From Anthoceros angustus (lineage: Eukaryota > Plantae > Anthocerotophyta): a DNA stretch of 64,000 nucleotides. Within the stretch, counting starts at the first letter, position 1; every line of letters starts with the position of its first letter. The position numbers and the translations under genes are program-made. The notes below the pieces were generated by a model. It was not told where the DNA came from and did no database searches. It saw nothing but the letters and a program-made list of their open reading frames with translations. Shown here piece after piece: positions 45,816-57,434 of the stretch. The stretch covers positions 558,001 through 622,000 of the forward strand of contig VJWM01000019.1 of NCBI GenBank assembly GCA_010909165.1. The letters run 5' to 3'.

Positions 45816-46187
45816 GCTCTAATGAGAAGACGGACGGACTCTATAAGATTAGGCATTTTCGTTAGGCTCTGCAAGACCAAGCATTTTTGTTAGGCTCCAT
45901 AAGACCAGGCATTTTTGTTAGGCTATGTAAGACCAGGCATTTTTGGTAGGCTCTATAAGACCAGGCATTTTTGGCAGGCATTTATAAGACCAGGCATTTT
46001 TGTTAGGCTCTATAAGACCGGGCATTTATAAGACCGGGCATTTATAAGACCGGGCATTTATAAGACCAGGCATTTATAAGACCAGGCATTTTTGTTAGGC
46101 TCTATAAGACCGGGCATTTACAAGACCAGGCATTTATAAGACCAAGCATTTTTGTTAGGCTCTAATGAGAAGGCAGACTGGCTCTAT
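45816..46187. repeat. Composite 16/28-bp tandem array (about 14 TAAGACC(A/G)GGCATTT cores) bounded by about 27-bp direct repeats
   Basis: Cores alternate with a TTGTTAGGCTCT spacer; GCTCTAATGAGAAG occurs at 45816 and 46159. Confidence 0.9.
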
Positions 46188-46313
46188 CAAATAAAGCAAC
46201 ATCTAGCAAAGGCCAGAAGATGCTCCACAACATGGACACTCAGATGACAAGGTACACATGTCGATCAACCATCAAATTGTGGGCTTGGGACTTGGCACAT
46301 CATTGTCAATAGT

Positions 46314-46500
46314 GATGCTATTAGCTTATCACCAAAACAACAATGACCAAGCCAAGCAGCAAGCACTCAATGAACAACAAAAAAGAAAATAGAAAGTGTA
46401 CACACGAAGCCATGCTATTAGCTTACAAACAAAACAACAATGACTAGGCCTACTAGCAAGCACTCAATGAACAGAACAGCAAATAGAAAGTGTGCGCAGA
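46314..46500. repeat. About 98-bp degenerate direct duplication
   Basis: ATGCTATTAGCTTA..CAAAACAACAATGAC..GCAAGCACTCAATGAAC..AATAGAAAGTGT occurs twice. Confidence 0.75.
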
Positions 46501-47092
46501 GCCATGTTCCTGTATAGGCCTTGTATCATTTCTTTTTGGGTTTCACTCTTATAGCTCGAGTGCACAATTCCCTAGGTACATTTCACATGACACCATGGGG
46601 CGCTATTACTCATGACCCCTCGCTTCCTATCTTCTATTCCCTAGACACAAGGGCATGCTACCTTCTTCGTAATGCTCAAAAGATCTTCCTAACACATTTC
46701 TAAGTAGCTATTCAACAAGTCCTAAGATGATTATAGTTTTATCCCTAATGTACTTACTCATTAAGGTATTATATTTATATTAAACTATATTATATAAAAA
46801 TATATTTTATTATTTTATTATTGAATAGAATGATACTAAAATGATGCCCATATGTTATAGAACAATTTGGCAATAATGCTCCTATTCTGAAAATTTGAAA
46901 TTACAGTATTGAAAAATTTCATTTATCTTTCAAATTTTCATTATTAGACGGGATGACATCCAAAGGTTGGTCCATCAGCTACGCATGCTTACAATGTAAG
47001 ACAGGAATTACGCCTATGAGTCCTGAGCAGCAGCACCAGCGGAGGGATGGATTGCTGCTTCTGGCTGCTGAACCATCCTGTCGTGGAGTCAC

Positions 47093-49420
47093 GTGATGGC
47101 GATTACGCCACCGGCGCTGCAGGCCCTCCCCAGCCTGCTCGATGCAAGGCCTGAGTTTATGGCGATCGCTGGGGAGCAGGTGCGCCGCAGTTTTCCTCCG
47201 CAAGGCCAGTGCAATGCTCCTGCAGCTTCTTGCGCAAGCACGCACTCCAGGCTAATCCAAAACCAGGACAATGGGACCAGCAGATGGGACGTCCGTCCAG
47301 TGCAGGGGCCTGGAAGCCGCGGAGAGGCGGAGGAGGTGGGAGAGGCTGTGGCAGAGTTGGAGCTCCTGGTGCTGCGGGGATGCCGTGCGAGCAGCACGGT
47401 CTTGTACCGGGTGCTCAGGAGGTGTGTGGAAGCAAAGGATCTGGCCCTGGGAAGGAGGGTTCATTCGGTGGCTCTGGCGAGCGGGTACGGGGCGGACGCG
47501 TTCTTGGCCAACCACGTGATCCGGATGTACGCTGCTCTGGGGGAGCTGGGGGACGCCGTGCAGGTGTTCGCTGCAGTGGCCGAGCCCAATGTGTATATGT
47601 GGTCATCGATTATCTTGGCGCATGCGCGGCAGGGAAGGGCCGCAGAGGCTGTGGGGCTCTATCGCCGGATGCGGGAGGCTGGCGTGAGGCCAGATAACCA
47701 TATCTTCGCGGCGGTGCTCAAGGCCTGTACGGAGGGGCAGGATTTGGGGGCTGGGAAGGAGGTGCATAGGGATATGGAGGCGAGTGGGGTGGAGGGTGAT
47801 GTGTTTGTGGGGAACAGTTTGGTGAACATGTATGCGAAGTGCGGGAGCTTGGGGGATGCTCGGAGGGTTTTTGATGGGCTGGGGGTTAAGGATGTGGTGA
47901 CTTGGACTGCCATGATTGCGGGGTATGCGCAGCAGGGGCGCGGGGAGGAGGCTCTGGGTTTGTACGGGAGGATGCAGGAGAGTGGGGTGGTGCTGGCTGA
48001 TCAGGTTACTTTTGTTTGTCTGCTCCAGGCTTGCGCTGGGTTGAGGGCGTTGGAGGAGGGGAGGGAGTTGCACTTGCGTGTGCGGGAGAAGGGAATGGAA
48101 GGTGATGCTGTTGTTGGGAATTGCTTGGTGACGATGTACGCGAGATGCGGGTGCTTGGAGGAGGCTCGGGAGGTGTTTGACGGGCTTGTGAGGCGGGATG
48201 TGGTGACGTGGAATGCTATGATTGCTGCGTACTCTCAGCAGGGGCTGGGGCGGGAAGCCCTAACTCTGTATGGGGTTATGGGGGGTGAGGGCATGGCTGC
48301 AGCGGATCATGTTACGTTTCTGGGGCTGATTCAAGCGTGTGGGAGTGTGGGTGCTTTGCAGCAGGGGATGGAGGCTCACTCGCAGATTTGTGAAAGAGGA
48401 CTTGAAAATGATGTGTTCATTGGGAGCTGCCTGGTTGACATGTATGCGAAGTGTGGGAGTTTGGAACATGCTCGGAGGGTGTTTGACGGGTTGTGCACCA
48501 GGGTTGTGGGGACATGGAATGCGCTGATTAATGGGTACGCTCAGAATGGTGATGGTGAGATGGCGATCCGGTGCTTTGAAGAGATGGTTGAGGAGGGCGT
48601 TCAGCCTGATGAGACCACTTTTATTTCTCTCTTTGTGGCTTGCAGTCATGCAGGCCTGGTGGAGGAGGGGCAGGAGTATTTCAGGATGATGGTGGAGGGG
48701 TATAAGATTGGGCCTACTCAGCATCACTACAGTTGCATGGTTGATCTCCTTGGTCGTTCAGGGCGGCTGGATGAGGCTGAAAATGTACTGCGAACTACGT
48801 CCCTTGTTAACGAAGTTGTGGGGTGGACCGCGTTGTTGAGTGCGTGTAAAGGTCATTGTGATGTGGAGCGGGGAGTACGATGCTTTGATCGTCTTGTGGA
48901 ATTGGAAGCAGATGACGCAAGTTCGTATGTGCTGTTGGGAACCATTTATGCGAATGTAGGCAGGTGGGATGATGTGGGGAGAATAGAAGGCCTGAGGAAG
49001 TCATCAGGTGCGATGAAGAAAGCTGCAAAGGCTTATATAGAAGTGAAGAACAAGGTACACGAATTTACGGTAGGGGAACAGAGGTCGGACCTTTCCCCAC
49101 AGATAAAAACTCTGCAGACCAAGTTGAAGGTGGAAGGAGGGCACGTGCCTCGAACGGAGTTGGTCCTTAGGGCAGTGTCTGAGCAGGAGAAGGAAGATGC
49201 CTTGTGCGGTCACGCGGAGAAATTGGCTTTGGCCTATGGCCTTTTGAACACACCAGATGGTACCAGTTTGATTGTCACTAAGAACCTTCGCATGTGCAAT
49301 GACTGCCACAGCAGCACCAAAATCATGTCACACATTGAGAAACGAGAGATAATTGTGAGAGATGCACATCGATTGCATCGATTCGTGGAAGGTGTCTGTT
49401 CCTGTGGAGATCGGAATTGA
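47093..49420 (+). CDS. PLS-PPR with DYW:KP-type domain (KKAAKA, HAEKLA, CNDCH, ends CSCGDRN), 775 aa; candidate U-to-C editing factor; no PDF motif
   Basis: Intronless ORF with 14 PLS motifs, E1, E2 and a variant DYW domain. Confidence 0.93.
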   Translation: MMAITPPALQALPSLLDARPEFMAIAGEQVRRSFPPQGQCNAPAASCASTHSRLIQNQDNGTSRWDVRPVQGPGSRGEAEEVGEAVAELELLVLRGCRASSTVLYRVLRRCVEAKDLALGRRVHSVALASGYGADAFLANHVIRMYAALGELGDAVQVFAAVAEPNVYMWSSIILAHARQGRAAEAVGLYRRMREAGVRPDNHIFAAVLKACTEGQDLGAGKEVHRDMEASGVEGDVFVGNSLVNMYAKCGSLGDARRVFDGLGVKDVVTWTAMIAGYAQQGRGEEALGLYGRMQESGVVLADQVTFVCLLQACAGLRALEEGRELHLRVREKGMEGDAVVGNCLVTMYARCGCLEEAREVFDGLVRRDVVTWNAMIAAYSQQGLGREALTLYGVMGGEGMAAADHVTFLGLIQACGSVGALQQGMEAHSQICERGLENDVFIGSCLVDMYAKCGSLEHARRVFDGLCTRVVGTWNALINGYAQNGDGEMAIRCFEEMVEEGVQPDETTFISLFVACSHAGLVEEGQEYFRMMVEGYKIGPTQHHYSCMVDLLGRSGRLDEAENVLRTTSLVNEVVGWTALLSACKGHCDVERGVRCFDRLVELEADDASSYVLLGTIYANVGRWDDVGRIEGLRKSSGAMKKAAKAYIEVKNKVHEFTVGEQRSDLSPQIKTLQTKLKVEGGHVPRTELVLRAVSEQEKEDALCGHAEKLALAYGLLNTPDGTSLIVTKNLRMCNDCHSSTKIMSHIEKREIIVRDAHRLHRFVEGVCSCGDRN

Positions 49421-50384
49421 CACGTTAAGATACTGTCGTGTCCCTGACTTCTCTTCCACGCACGAGATATGCTTTCTGCAACAAGTTCCAACATTCACCG
49501 TTCACTGGTGACCCTCTGCAGAAGCGCATAACTATGGCGTGAGGGATGGTTTTACGCCTTGAACCACAAAGCGTTCTTGCTCCTCCAGTCGTGAGATGAC
49601 ATGAGTCTTCTTCCAGGTCAAACAGCACCTTTCACACAGGGCAGCACTATCCACAGCTGAAAACTGTGAACACTAAGCACTTCCTGCCTCATGCATGCTT
49701 ATGCAGGATGTTAGGGTTATCTTGAGTGTAGACCACATAACAGCTCTATTCGCACTCGGTTGAGAAATTGTGAACTCTCTGCACTTCCTGCCTCACCCAT
49801 GCCTTTGAGCCTGCATCCCATAATCTCTTGAAATTTCCAAGCTTTCCCGCACCCACACACCTGCATGACGGAACTCAGCATTTACAGGGTCTACTTGGAC
49901 AAATAGGGAAAGACCACCATAACCTTTGTTAACACTCAACAAAGGCTGCAGCTGCGACTCAGCCAAAATAACATACCTCACAACATATCTTCAGCCTTAT
50001 CCAGTTCGCATCACCAGCCAAGAAGATGCGTTGGTAATAGCACGTCCCTTCTTCTTCTTTCTATCATCTTGGAGGGCAGCTGGCCCTGGGATTCTAGTTT
50101 GATTACAGCCAGCATTGTGATATTGCAGGGTGTCGGCTGGGGTTCATCAAAATCACTTTTCCCACCACCAGAAGGCATCCTGAGATTCCAACGATGCTGG
50201 GCTGAAATAGGACAGAACCCTTCCTCCAGTCTAACTCAATACCCATGATCCCCCTGATTGGAAGTTTAGATGGATGTAAGCCAAAAAAAATATTCTGAGA
50301 AGATATCTAAAGGTCCCAATCCTGTCCCAGCAATTGATACTGCTGTGTGGACATGGCGCGTAGAAAACCATTTTCCAGCGAAAG

Positions 50385-52969
50385 TCAATTCCTGTCCCCA
50401 CAAGAACAGGACCCATTTAAAAATCTATGTACCCGATGCGTGTCCCTTACTATTATCTCTCGGTTCTCCAGACATGACATTATCTTGGTGCTACTGTGGC
50501 AGTCATTGCACATGCGAAGATTCTTGGTAACCAGTAAAGTTGCACCATCTGGCGTGTTGAGCAGACCATATGCAAGGGCTAGCTTTTCGGCATGTCCACA
50601 CAGTGCATCTTCCTTCTCCTGCTCAGACAGTGCCCTTAACACCAACTGTGTTTGTGGAACATGTCCTCCTTCCTCTTTCAACCTTGAGTTGACACTCCTC
50701 AGCTTCAATGAAATGTCAGATCTGTCTTCCCCTACGGTGAACTCGTGCACCTCATCCTTCACCTCAATGCAAGCCTTCGCAGGCTTCTTCATGGCACCTA
50801 CTGACTTTCTCAAGCTTTCTATCCTATCCACTTCATCCCACTTGCCCGCATTTGCATAGATGTTACCCAGTAGAACATATGCACTTGCATCATCTGCTTG
50901 CAATGCAAGAAGATGGTGAAAGCATCGTTGTCCACGCTCTACCTCGCCATAGATTTTACAAGCACTCAGCAAAGATGTCCAGCCCACGACCTCATTCACG
51001 AGTGAGGTAGTAAGCAGCATATTTTCAGCCTCATCCAGTTGGCCTGCTCGGGCAAGAATATCGACCATGCAGCTATTGTGGTAGTCGGTCGGCACAATCC
51101 CATAGTCCTCCACCATCATCTTGAAATACTTCCTGCCCTCCTGCACCAGACCTGCATGACTGCATGCCACCAAGAGACAAGTAAACGTTTTCTCGTCTGG
51201 CTGCACACCCTGCTCAAGCATCTCGTCAAAGCATTGCATTGCCATATGACCGTCACTGTGTTCAGCACAGCCAATGAGGAGAGCGTTCCAAGTTGCAACA
51301 ACTTTAGTGGGCAATCCGTCAAAAACTTTGCGAGCAGTTTCCAAACTGCCACATTTCGAATACATGTCCACCAGGGACGTGCCAATGTACACATCGCCCT
51401 CAAGGCCCCTTGCACGAATCTGTCCGTGAATCTGTGTTCCCTGCAGCAGTGCTCCCACGCTGGCGCATGCTTGGAGCAGGCACGCAAATGTAATGCGATC
51501 AGCTGGAGTTATGCACTCATGTTGCATAATAGCAAAAATGGCCAGGGCTTCTCGCCCAAGTCCTTGCTGAGAATATCCTGCGATCATTGCATTCCATGTC
51601 ACCAAATTCCTGATGAGCAATCCATCAAACACTTTGCGAGCATCATCCATCTTCCCACATTTCGAGTACATGTCGACAAGGGAGCTACCAATGAAGACGT
51701 CACATTCAAGACCTCGCTCCCGAATCTGTGAATGAAGGTGCTTTCCTGCTGCAGTGCTCCCACACTGGCACATGCCTGCAGAAGGCACAAGAACGTAACA
51801 TGATCAGCTGGAGTAATGCCCTCATGTTGCATACTTGCATACAAAGCCAGAGCTTCTTGACCGAGACCCTGCTGCGTATAACCTGCAATCATGGCAGTCC
51901 ATGTTACCACATCTCTTGTTGGCAAACTGTCAAACACTTTGCGAGCATCACTCAAGCTTCCACACTTTGCATACATAGTCACCAGGCTGTTGCCAAGGAA
52001 AACATCGGCCTTCACGGCACTAGTCTGAATATCATTATGAACCTCCTTGCCTGAAACGAGGTCCTGTGCAGAAGCACATGCCTTAAGGGCTGCCGCAAAG
52101 ATATGGTTATTGGGCTGCACACCGGATGCTCTCATCCGTCGATAAAACTTGATTGCATGCTTGGGCTGGCCCTGCCGGGCATGCGCCAAAATGATGGAAG
52201 ACCACATGAAGAGGTTCGGCTTGGGCACTTCGGTGAACACCTGCGCTGCATCTTCCAATTCACCATGAGAAGCATACATTCCAATGATGTGGGTGGCCAA
52301 GAATGCACTGGCCCCGTACCCACTGGTGACAACAAGAGAGTGAACACGCCTACCACAAACCAGATCCTTATCTGCCATGCATCTTTTCAGCATCCGATAA
52401 AAGACGTCATCGGTAACATGATATCCATTTTGCACCAGGAAATCCAACGCTTCCACAGCCTCACTCAGCTCTGCATCCTCCTCACACCGTTTCCTCAAGC
52501 TCTGGATCACCGCAATCTGGTCACCACCACCACTGTCATCAACCTGTGTAGACAGGGCACGACGCCCCCTCATCTGAACATCCCACCTGGCCAGCTGCGA
52601 ATCCACCCAAGCCGGCTTGTGGGGGCTGTTGAGCCACAGGGGCTCCTTGGAGGTCCTATGCTTGAAATCGGGATGGCGGGCGCTTGACTTATCGGCCCTG
52701 TTGTCCCACCAGTCGAAGGGATCTGAGAAGAACAGTTGCCACAGTTGCTCCTGTCGCTCTTTTTGCGTGACTTGGGTTGTACAAATTCCTGTACAGGCAG
52801 TTGCTGCTGCTGCTGCTACGGTGGCCGGGGTGCCGAGGCGCACCATTCCGCATCCCCCTGACAAAGCGTGGGAGAGCGTGGATGGCACCAACGTGCGCGG
52901 ATGCGAATCAGCCTGACGTCCCACAAACGTGGACTGAAGAAGCAAGGACAGCTCCACCTGCGTCGCCAT
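50385..52969 (-). CDS. PLS-PPR with N-terminal OSB-like PDF motif and DYW:KP domain (KKPAKA, HAEKLA, ends CSCGDRN); 1-nt frameshift at about 51745 (pseudogene or sequence error)
   Basis: ORFs 51599-52969 and 50385-51788 join as LQQ-G-KHLHSQ if one G is restored. WWDNR..HPDFKH..LWL motif near the N-terminus. Confidence 0.88.
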
Positions 52970-54770
52970 GGACTCCTTCAGCCTCTACCTTCAGTTCAGG
53001 CAACACACTGCACAGCCAGAGCCCAACGTATGCCACTATGTATGTAGTTCGGACAGGGAAAATGCAGAAACTTCAGTCAGTGAGGACACGTCAAACGCTC
53101 CACACAGTCGTCGGCCTTTGCTCAGAATTCAGAAGATCTTGCCTTGCCTAGCTCGACAATTGGGAGCTTGTCATCCGTCCATTGAACCCGGATCGCCGAA
53201 ACGTCTCAATATGAGTCGTTCGGCCATCGCGGTCACCACTGTGTTTTTTTTTGAATCTCATTTATACTCAGGATCGATTCACCAGACTATGCGGTGATCT
53301 TCCTCCACACCCATGACTCTACAGCCCCTTAATTACTCGCTTCCCTTAATTTTCATCACTCTTCTTCTGCAATCGCTTCCGCGCTGTGTGCTTTGGCATG
53401 ATATCATAGCGCAGCAATTCTTAACCTAAATGTATAGCATGCAATTCAAATTTACCATAGAAGCCTTGTATGGGTACCACCTGCTATCAATACCACTAGT
53501 AGCAACATCAATAATCTACTCTTAGATCAGAAAGATAAGCAAATAGCTTTAGGTGATTCTCTACCTAGCATTTTGTGTGTAGAAGATATTGCAGTTTGCA
53601 GTGATCTATCCATTCAAGATTTAAATTAGATGTGGCACCAAGTCTTGAATGTGGTCACTACCACAAAAGATATATATAGACCTATCAAATATCCACACAT
53701 TACACCTCCTCCTAATATGGCAGTATCAAGAGGTGCTACCACTTCTACTTCAACAACAACAATCAACAACACAATTAAAATTGATTTCAAGGAAAGAGAC
53801 AAATTTTCAAGGATCGAATATGTATATGGGCCTCGATGCGAATCAGCCTGACGTCCCACAAACGTGGACTGAAGAAGCAAGGACAGCTCCACCTGCGTCG
53901 CCATGGACTCCTTCAGCCTCTACCTTCAGTTCAGGCAACACACTGCACAGCCAGAGCCCAACGTATGCCACTATGTATGTAGTTCGGACAGGGAAAATGC
54001 AGAAACTTCAGTCAGTGAGGACACGTCAAACGCTCCACACAGTCGTCGGCCTTTGCTCAGAATTCAGAAGATCTTGCCTTGCCTAGCTCGACAATTGGGA
54101 GCTTGTCATCCGTCCATTGAACCCGGATCGCCGAAACGTCTCAATATGAGTCGTTCGGCCATCGCGGTCACCACTGTGTTTTTTTTTGAATCTCATTTAT
54201 ACTCAGGATCGATTCACCAGACTATGCGGTGATCTTCCTCCACACCCATGACTCTACAGCCCCTTAATTACTCGCTTCCCCTTAATTTTCATCACTCTTC
54301 TTCTGCAATCGCTTCCGCGCTGTGTGCTTTGGCATGATATCATAGCGCAGCAATTCTTAACCTAAATGTATAGCATGCAATTCAAATTTACCATAGAAGC
54401 CTTGTATGGGTACCACCTGCTATCAATACCACTAGTAGCAACATCAATAATCTACTCTTAGATCAGAAAGATAAGCAAATAGCTTTAGGTGATTCTCTAC
54501 CTAGCATTTTGTGTGTAGAAGATATTGCAGTTTGCAGTGATCTATCCATTCAAGATTTAAATTAGATGTGGCAATTAAGTCTTGAATGTGGTCACTACCA
54601 CAAAAGATATATATAGACCTATCAAATATCCACACATTACACCTCCTCCTAATATGGCAGTATCAAGAGGTGCTACCACTTCTACTTCAACAACAACAAT
54701 CAACAACACAATTAAAATTGATTTCAAGGAAAGAGACAAATTTTCAAGGATCGAATATGTATATGGGCCT
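52900..54770. repeat. About 935-bp near-perfect tandem duplication covering the promoter and first 23 codons of the PPR gene at 52969
   Basis: Identical ORFs 52968-53297 and 53903-54232; units start GATGCGAATCAGCC at 52900 and 53835. Confidence 0.95.
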
Positions 54771-55500
54771 TCGTGCGAATGAAGGGCATTCTTGAGGACA
54801 ATGACTTATGCCCGGTCATTGATGGCACGTATCCCAGGCTTGCACAAACTGGTTACAGTTACAAGGGATTAAACCCGAGGAAGACTTGTTGTCACATCTT
54901 GGGTCATGCATCCTAGATAGAACTGAACTACTACTCATCATGTGATACGAGCTGCTAATGCAGCCACAGCTTGAAAGGACCTCAAACACCCCCACGAAGC
55001 GGTCGACACGATGAGTGTTTAAATGCAACAAGGGCATTTTCCTAACTGAAGATGGCAAGGGTCAAATAGAAGCCCTCTCCAAACACATCAAGACATTCAA
55101 AGCAGCACGGACTCAATTGTGAGACAACATTGGATGAGACTCAATTGCAAGTAGTCATAGCTTTGCTTGGCTCTCTACTTGATAGATGTCATATCTTTAA
55201 GACAACACAAAATGGAGTCACGAAACAAGCACAACTTGCAACCAAGAAGGGGCAAAGTGGAGATTTCACCACCTCATAGTTGATTGGGGCTCTATCATGC
55301 CGTGTGACAAAGGGCTTAGCTAAGTTTAAACATGAGTATTTCTCTTCCGCTTTGGGTCTTGTGGATTTATCAGCTGACAAGTAATGCTTCATAAGTGGGA
55401 GAGTTCTTCTTCATCCAGTTGACTTGTTATGCAACAATGGGTTTATTAAGAGTGAACCGTACATGCTAGCTTGTTAGCCTCATTTCACATTGTTCCAAAC

Positions 55501-55650
55501 GTGAGTGGGAATGTAGAGGACACTCTAAATTAGGGCATGTTTGAACAAAGTCGTTAATTAATATTGCTTAGGGCACCTAGTGGGAATGTAGAGGACACTT
55601 TAAATTAGGGCATATTTGAACACAGTCGTTAATTAATATTGCTTAGGGCA
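55501..55650. repeat. About 77-bp direct duplication
   Basis: AGTGGGAATGTAGAGGACACT..AAATTAGGGCAT..GTCGTTAATTAATATTGCTTAGGGCA occurs twice. Confidence 0.85.
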
Positions 55651-56471
55651 TCTTAGATATGACTAGATACTAGGATTCAGTTTGATAACTACTTTTGTAC
55701 TTCTCATTTTTGACACTTCGATCTTCCTTAATCTTGATACTGCTATATGCAATCGCTTTCACATTGCGTGCTTTGGTTTTTTTTTTTTTTTTTCAAATAA
55801 TTGGATTAGGAGATCTTTCTTAATCTTTATGCTTCTATATGCAATCGCTTCCACATTGCGTGCTTTGGGTTTTTTTTCTTCAAATAATACGATTAGGAAA
55901 AGGATGTCGAGCCCAAAATTGTGGTACAAAGGACAACTTAAAATCACCGACCTTTAAGTTCACATAACTTGAACAAAAAATTTAAAATAGTAGGTTAAAA
56001 GCACGACCTTAAATTCATATAACTTGATTAAAAACAGTTAAAAAAATAGGCAAGACAACTAAAGCTGTAGGTTTAAAGCACCAACCTTAAAATTTATGTA
56101 GCTTGAACAAAAAAGTTAAAACAGTAAGTTAAAAATACCGACCATAAGTTTAGCTAATGTGAGCAAGAAAAACTAAAATACTCAATCAAAATTACCTAGT
56201 TGTAGAAATGGGGATGAAACAAAACCTTAAATTTATATTTTAATTTATTTTTATTAAAATTTATTAAATAAAATACAAATTGAACTCAACTAAAAGTTGG
56301 TTTCACACTTTATGGTGTCACAAAGGAAACTAGTGCATTCATGCAGCGGGACCGACCAACCAACCCAATATCCTTAAAATAGTCTTGCTCCACTGTTTTT
56401 TTTCCTCTGGATGGATGACCATTTTACTCCCCTCTTCACTATGCACAAGAACACCATCAATTTTACCGTCA

Positions 56472-57434
56472 TCATTTAGAGGGTGAGTTGCAGTATGTGC
56501 GATGTGTCGATGACAACTCTTCTTCGACGTTTAATACATAATTCCGACTTTGAGATGAGCTTTTTATTAGCTTCAGGGATTTTGTGAGGAAATCTATTGA
56601 ATGTCTTGCATATCTTTCTTGGTCTTCTGTACATTGTAGAAGGAACCGAAAGTTGTCGATTTGCAGTACAAAAAACTTTAAAAATTGATCCACCCTATCA
56701 CGAGGGACGATGCCCCTTGTATTCATCAGTGTCACTGTAGATGCTATTAACTTCTCCAAACTAGCTAGTTCTTCGATTTCTTGAGTGAATCCTGATGGTA
56801 CTTTCTCACTAAGTGGACCGGATTGAAGTACTTTGGTCCAGAATATTTTAAAGCTCTCTACTCCAAGACCGTGGAGATCCAATACATCTGGCTCCCATTT
56901 ACACATGTGCTTATGCAAGTATGCACTTGCTAATGTCACTTTGATATGGTCGTGGATAAGTTGATACATAGTGCTCTCCCACTTGGCTCGTTGAAGTGTA
57001 TTATCTTCTATACCGAAGGTTTGGCCATGGGATGATGGCACACCATAAGACGATGTCACACTATTCACATCCTCTTGGTTGTTGGATGATGGCACATCCT
57101 CCGGTGGTACTTCTCCTTCCTCAAGTTCTTCGTCTTCATCTATTCTTTTTCTTTTTGAAGATAAAACCATTGGAGGTATTTCTCCTTCCTCAAGTTCTTC
57201 TTCATACATTCTCCTTCTTTTTGAAGATGAATGGATTGGAGATATTTTTCCTTCCTCAAGTTCTTTTTTGTTCATTATTTTTATTTTTGAAGATAAATAT
57301 GTTGGAGGTATTTCTCCTTCCTCAAGTTCCTGTTCGTTCATTATTTTTATCTTTGAAGACAAATACGTTGGAGGTATTTCTCCTTCCTCAAGTTCCTGTT
57401 CGTCCATTGTTTTTCTTCTTGAAGATACGTACAT
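56472..57434 (-). CDS. Orphan 320-aa ORF: five 22-23-aa repeats carrying ELEEG[EK][IV] and basic NLS-like patches, then a roughly 180-aa helical region
   Basis: Intronless AT-rich ORF with in-frame 66/69-bp tandem repeats at 57100-57410. Confidence 0.6.
   Translation of the reverse strand: MYVSSRRKTMDEQELEEGEIPPTYLSSKIKIMNEQELEEGEIPPTYLSSKIKIMNKKELEEGKISPIHSSSKRRRMYEEELEEGEIPPMVLSSKRKRIDEDEELEEGEVPPEDVPSSNNQEDVNSVTSSYGVPSSHGQTFGIEDNTLQRAKWESTMYQLIHDHIKVTLASAYLHKHMCKWEPDVLDLHGLGVESFKIFWTKVLQSGPLSEKVPSGFTQEIEELASLEKLIASTVTLMNTRGIVPRDRVDQFLKFFVLQIDNFRFLLQCTEDQERYARHSIDFLTKSLKLIKSSSQSRNYVLNVEEELSSTHRTYCNSPSK

Noticed and set aside
45840-46160. CRISPR-like array of short repeats
   Set aside because: The spacers are themselves repeated or absent, the context is eukaryotic and there are no cas genes. 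It is a minisatellite.
52968-54232. Duplicated 109-aa ORF (MDSFSLYLQF...) head-to-head with the PPR ATG
   Set aside because: Starts at the CCATGG palindrome shared with the PPR start codon. Its two copies simply reflect the 935-bp duplication and there are no recognisable features.
56860-56900. LDLHGL as the start of an Smr nuclease domain in the EEGEI ORF
   Set aside because: Only the first few residues fit; the downstream GxGxHS-type motif of Smr domains is missing.
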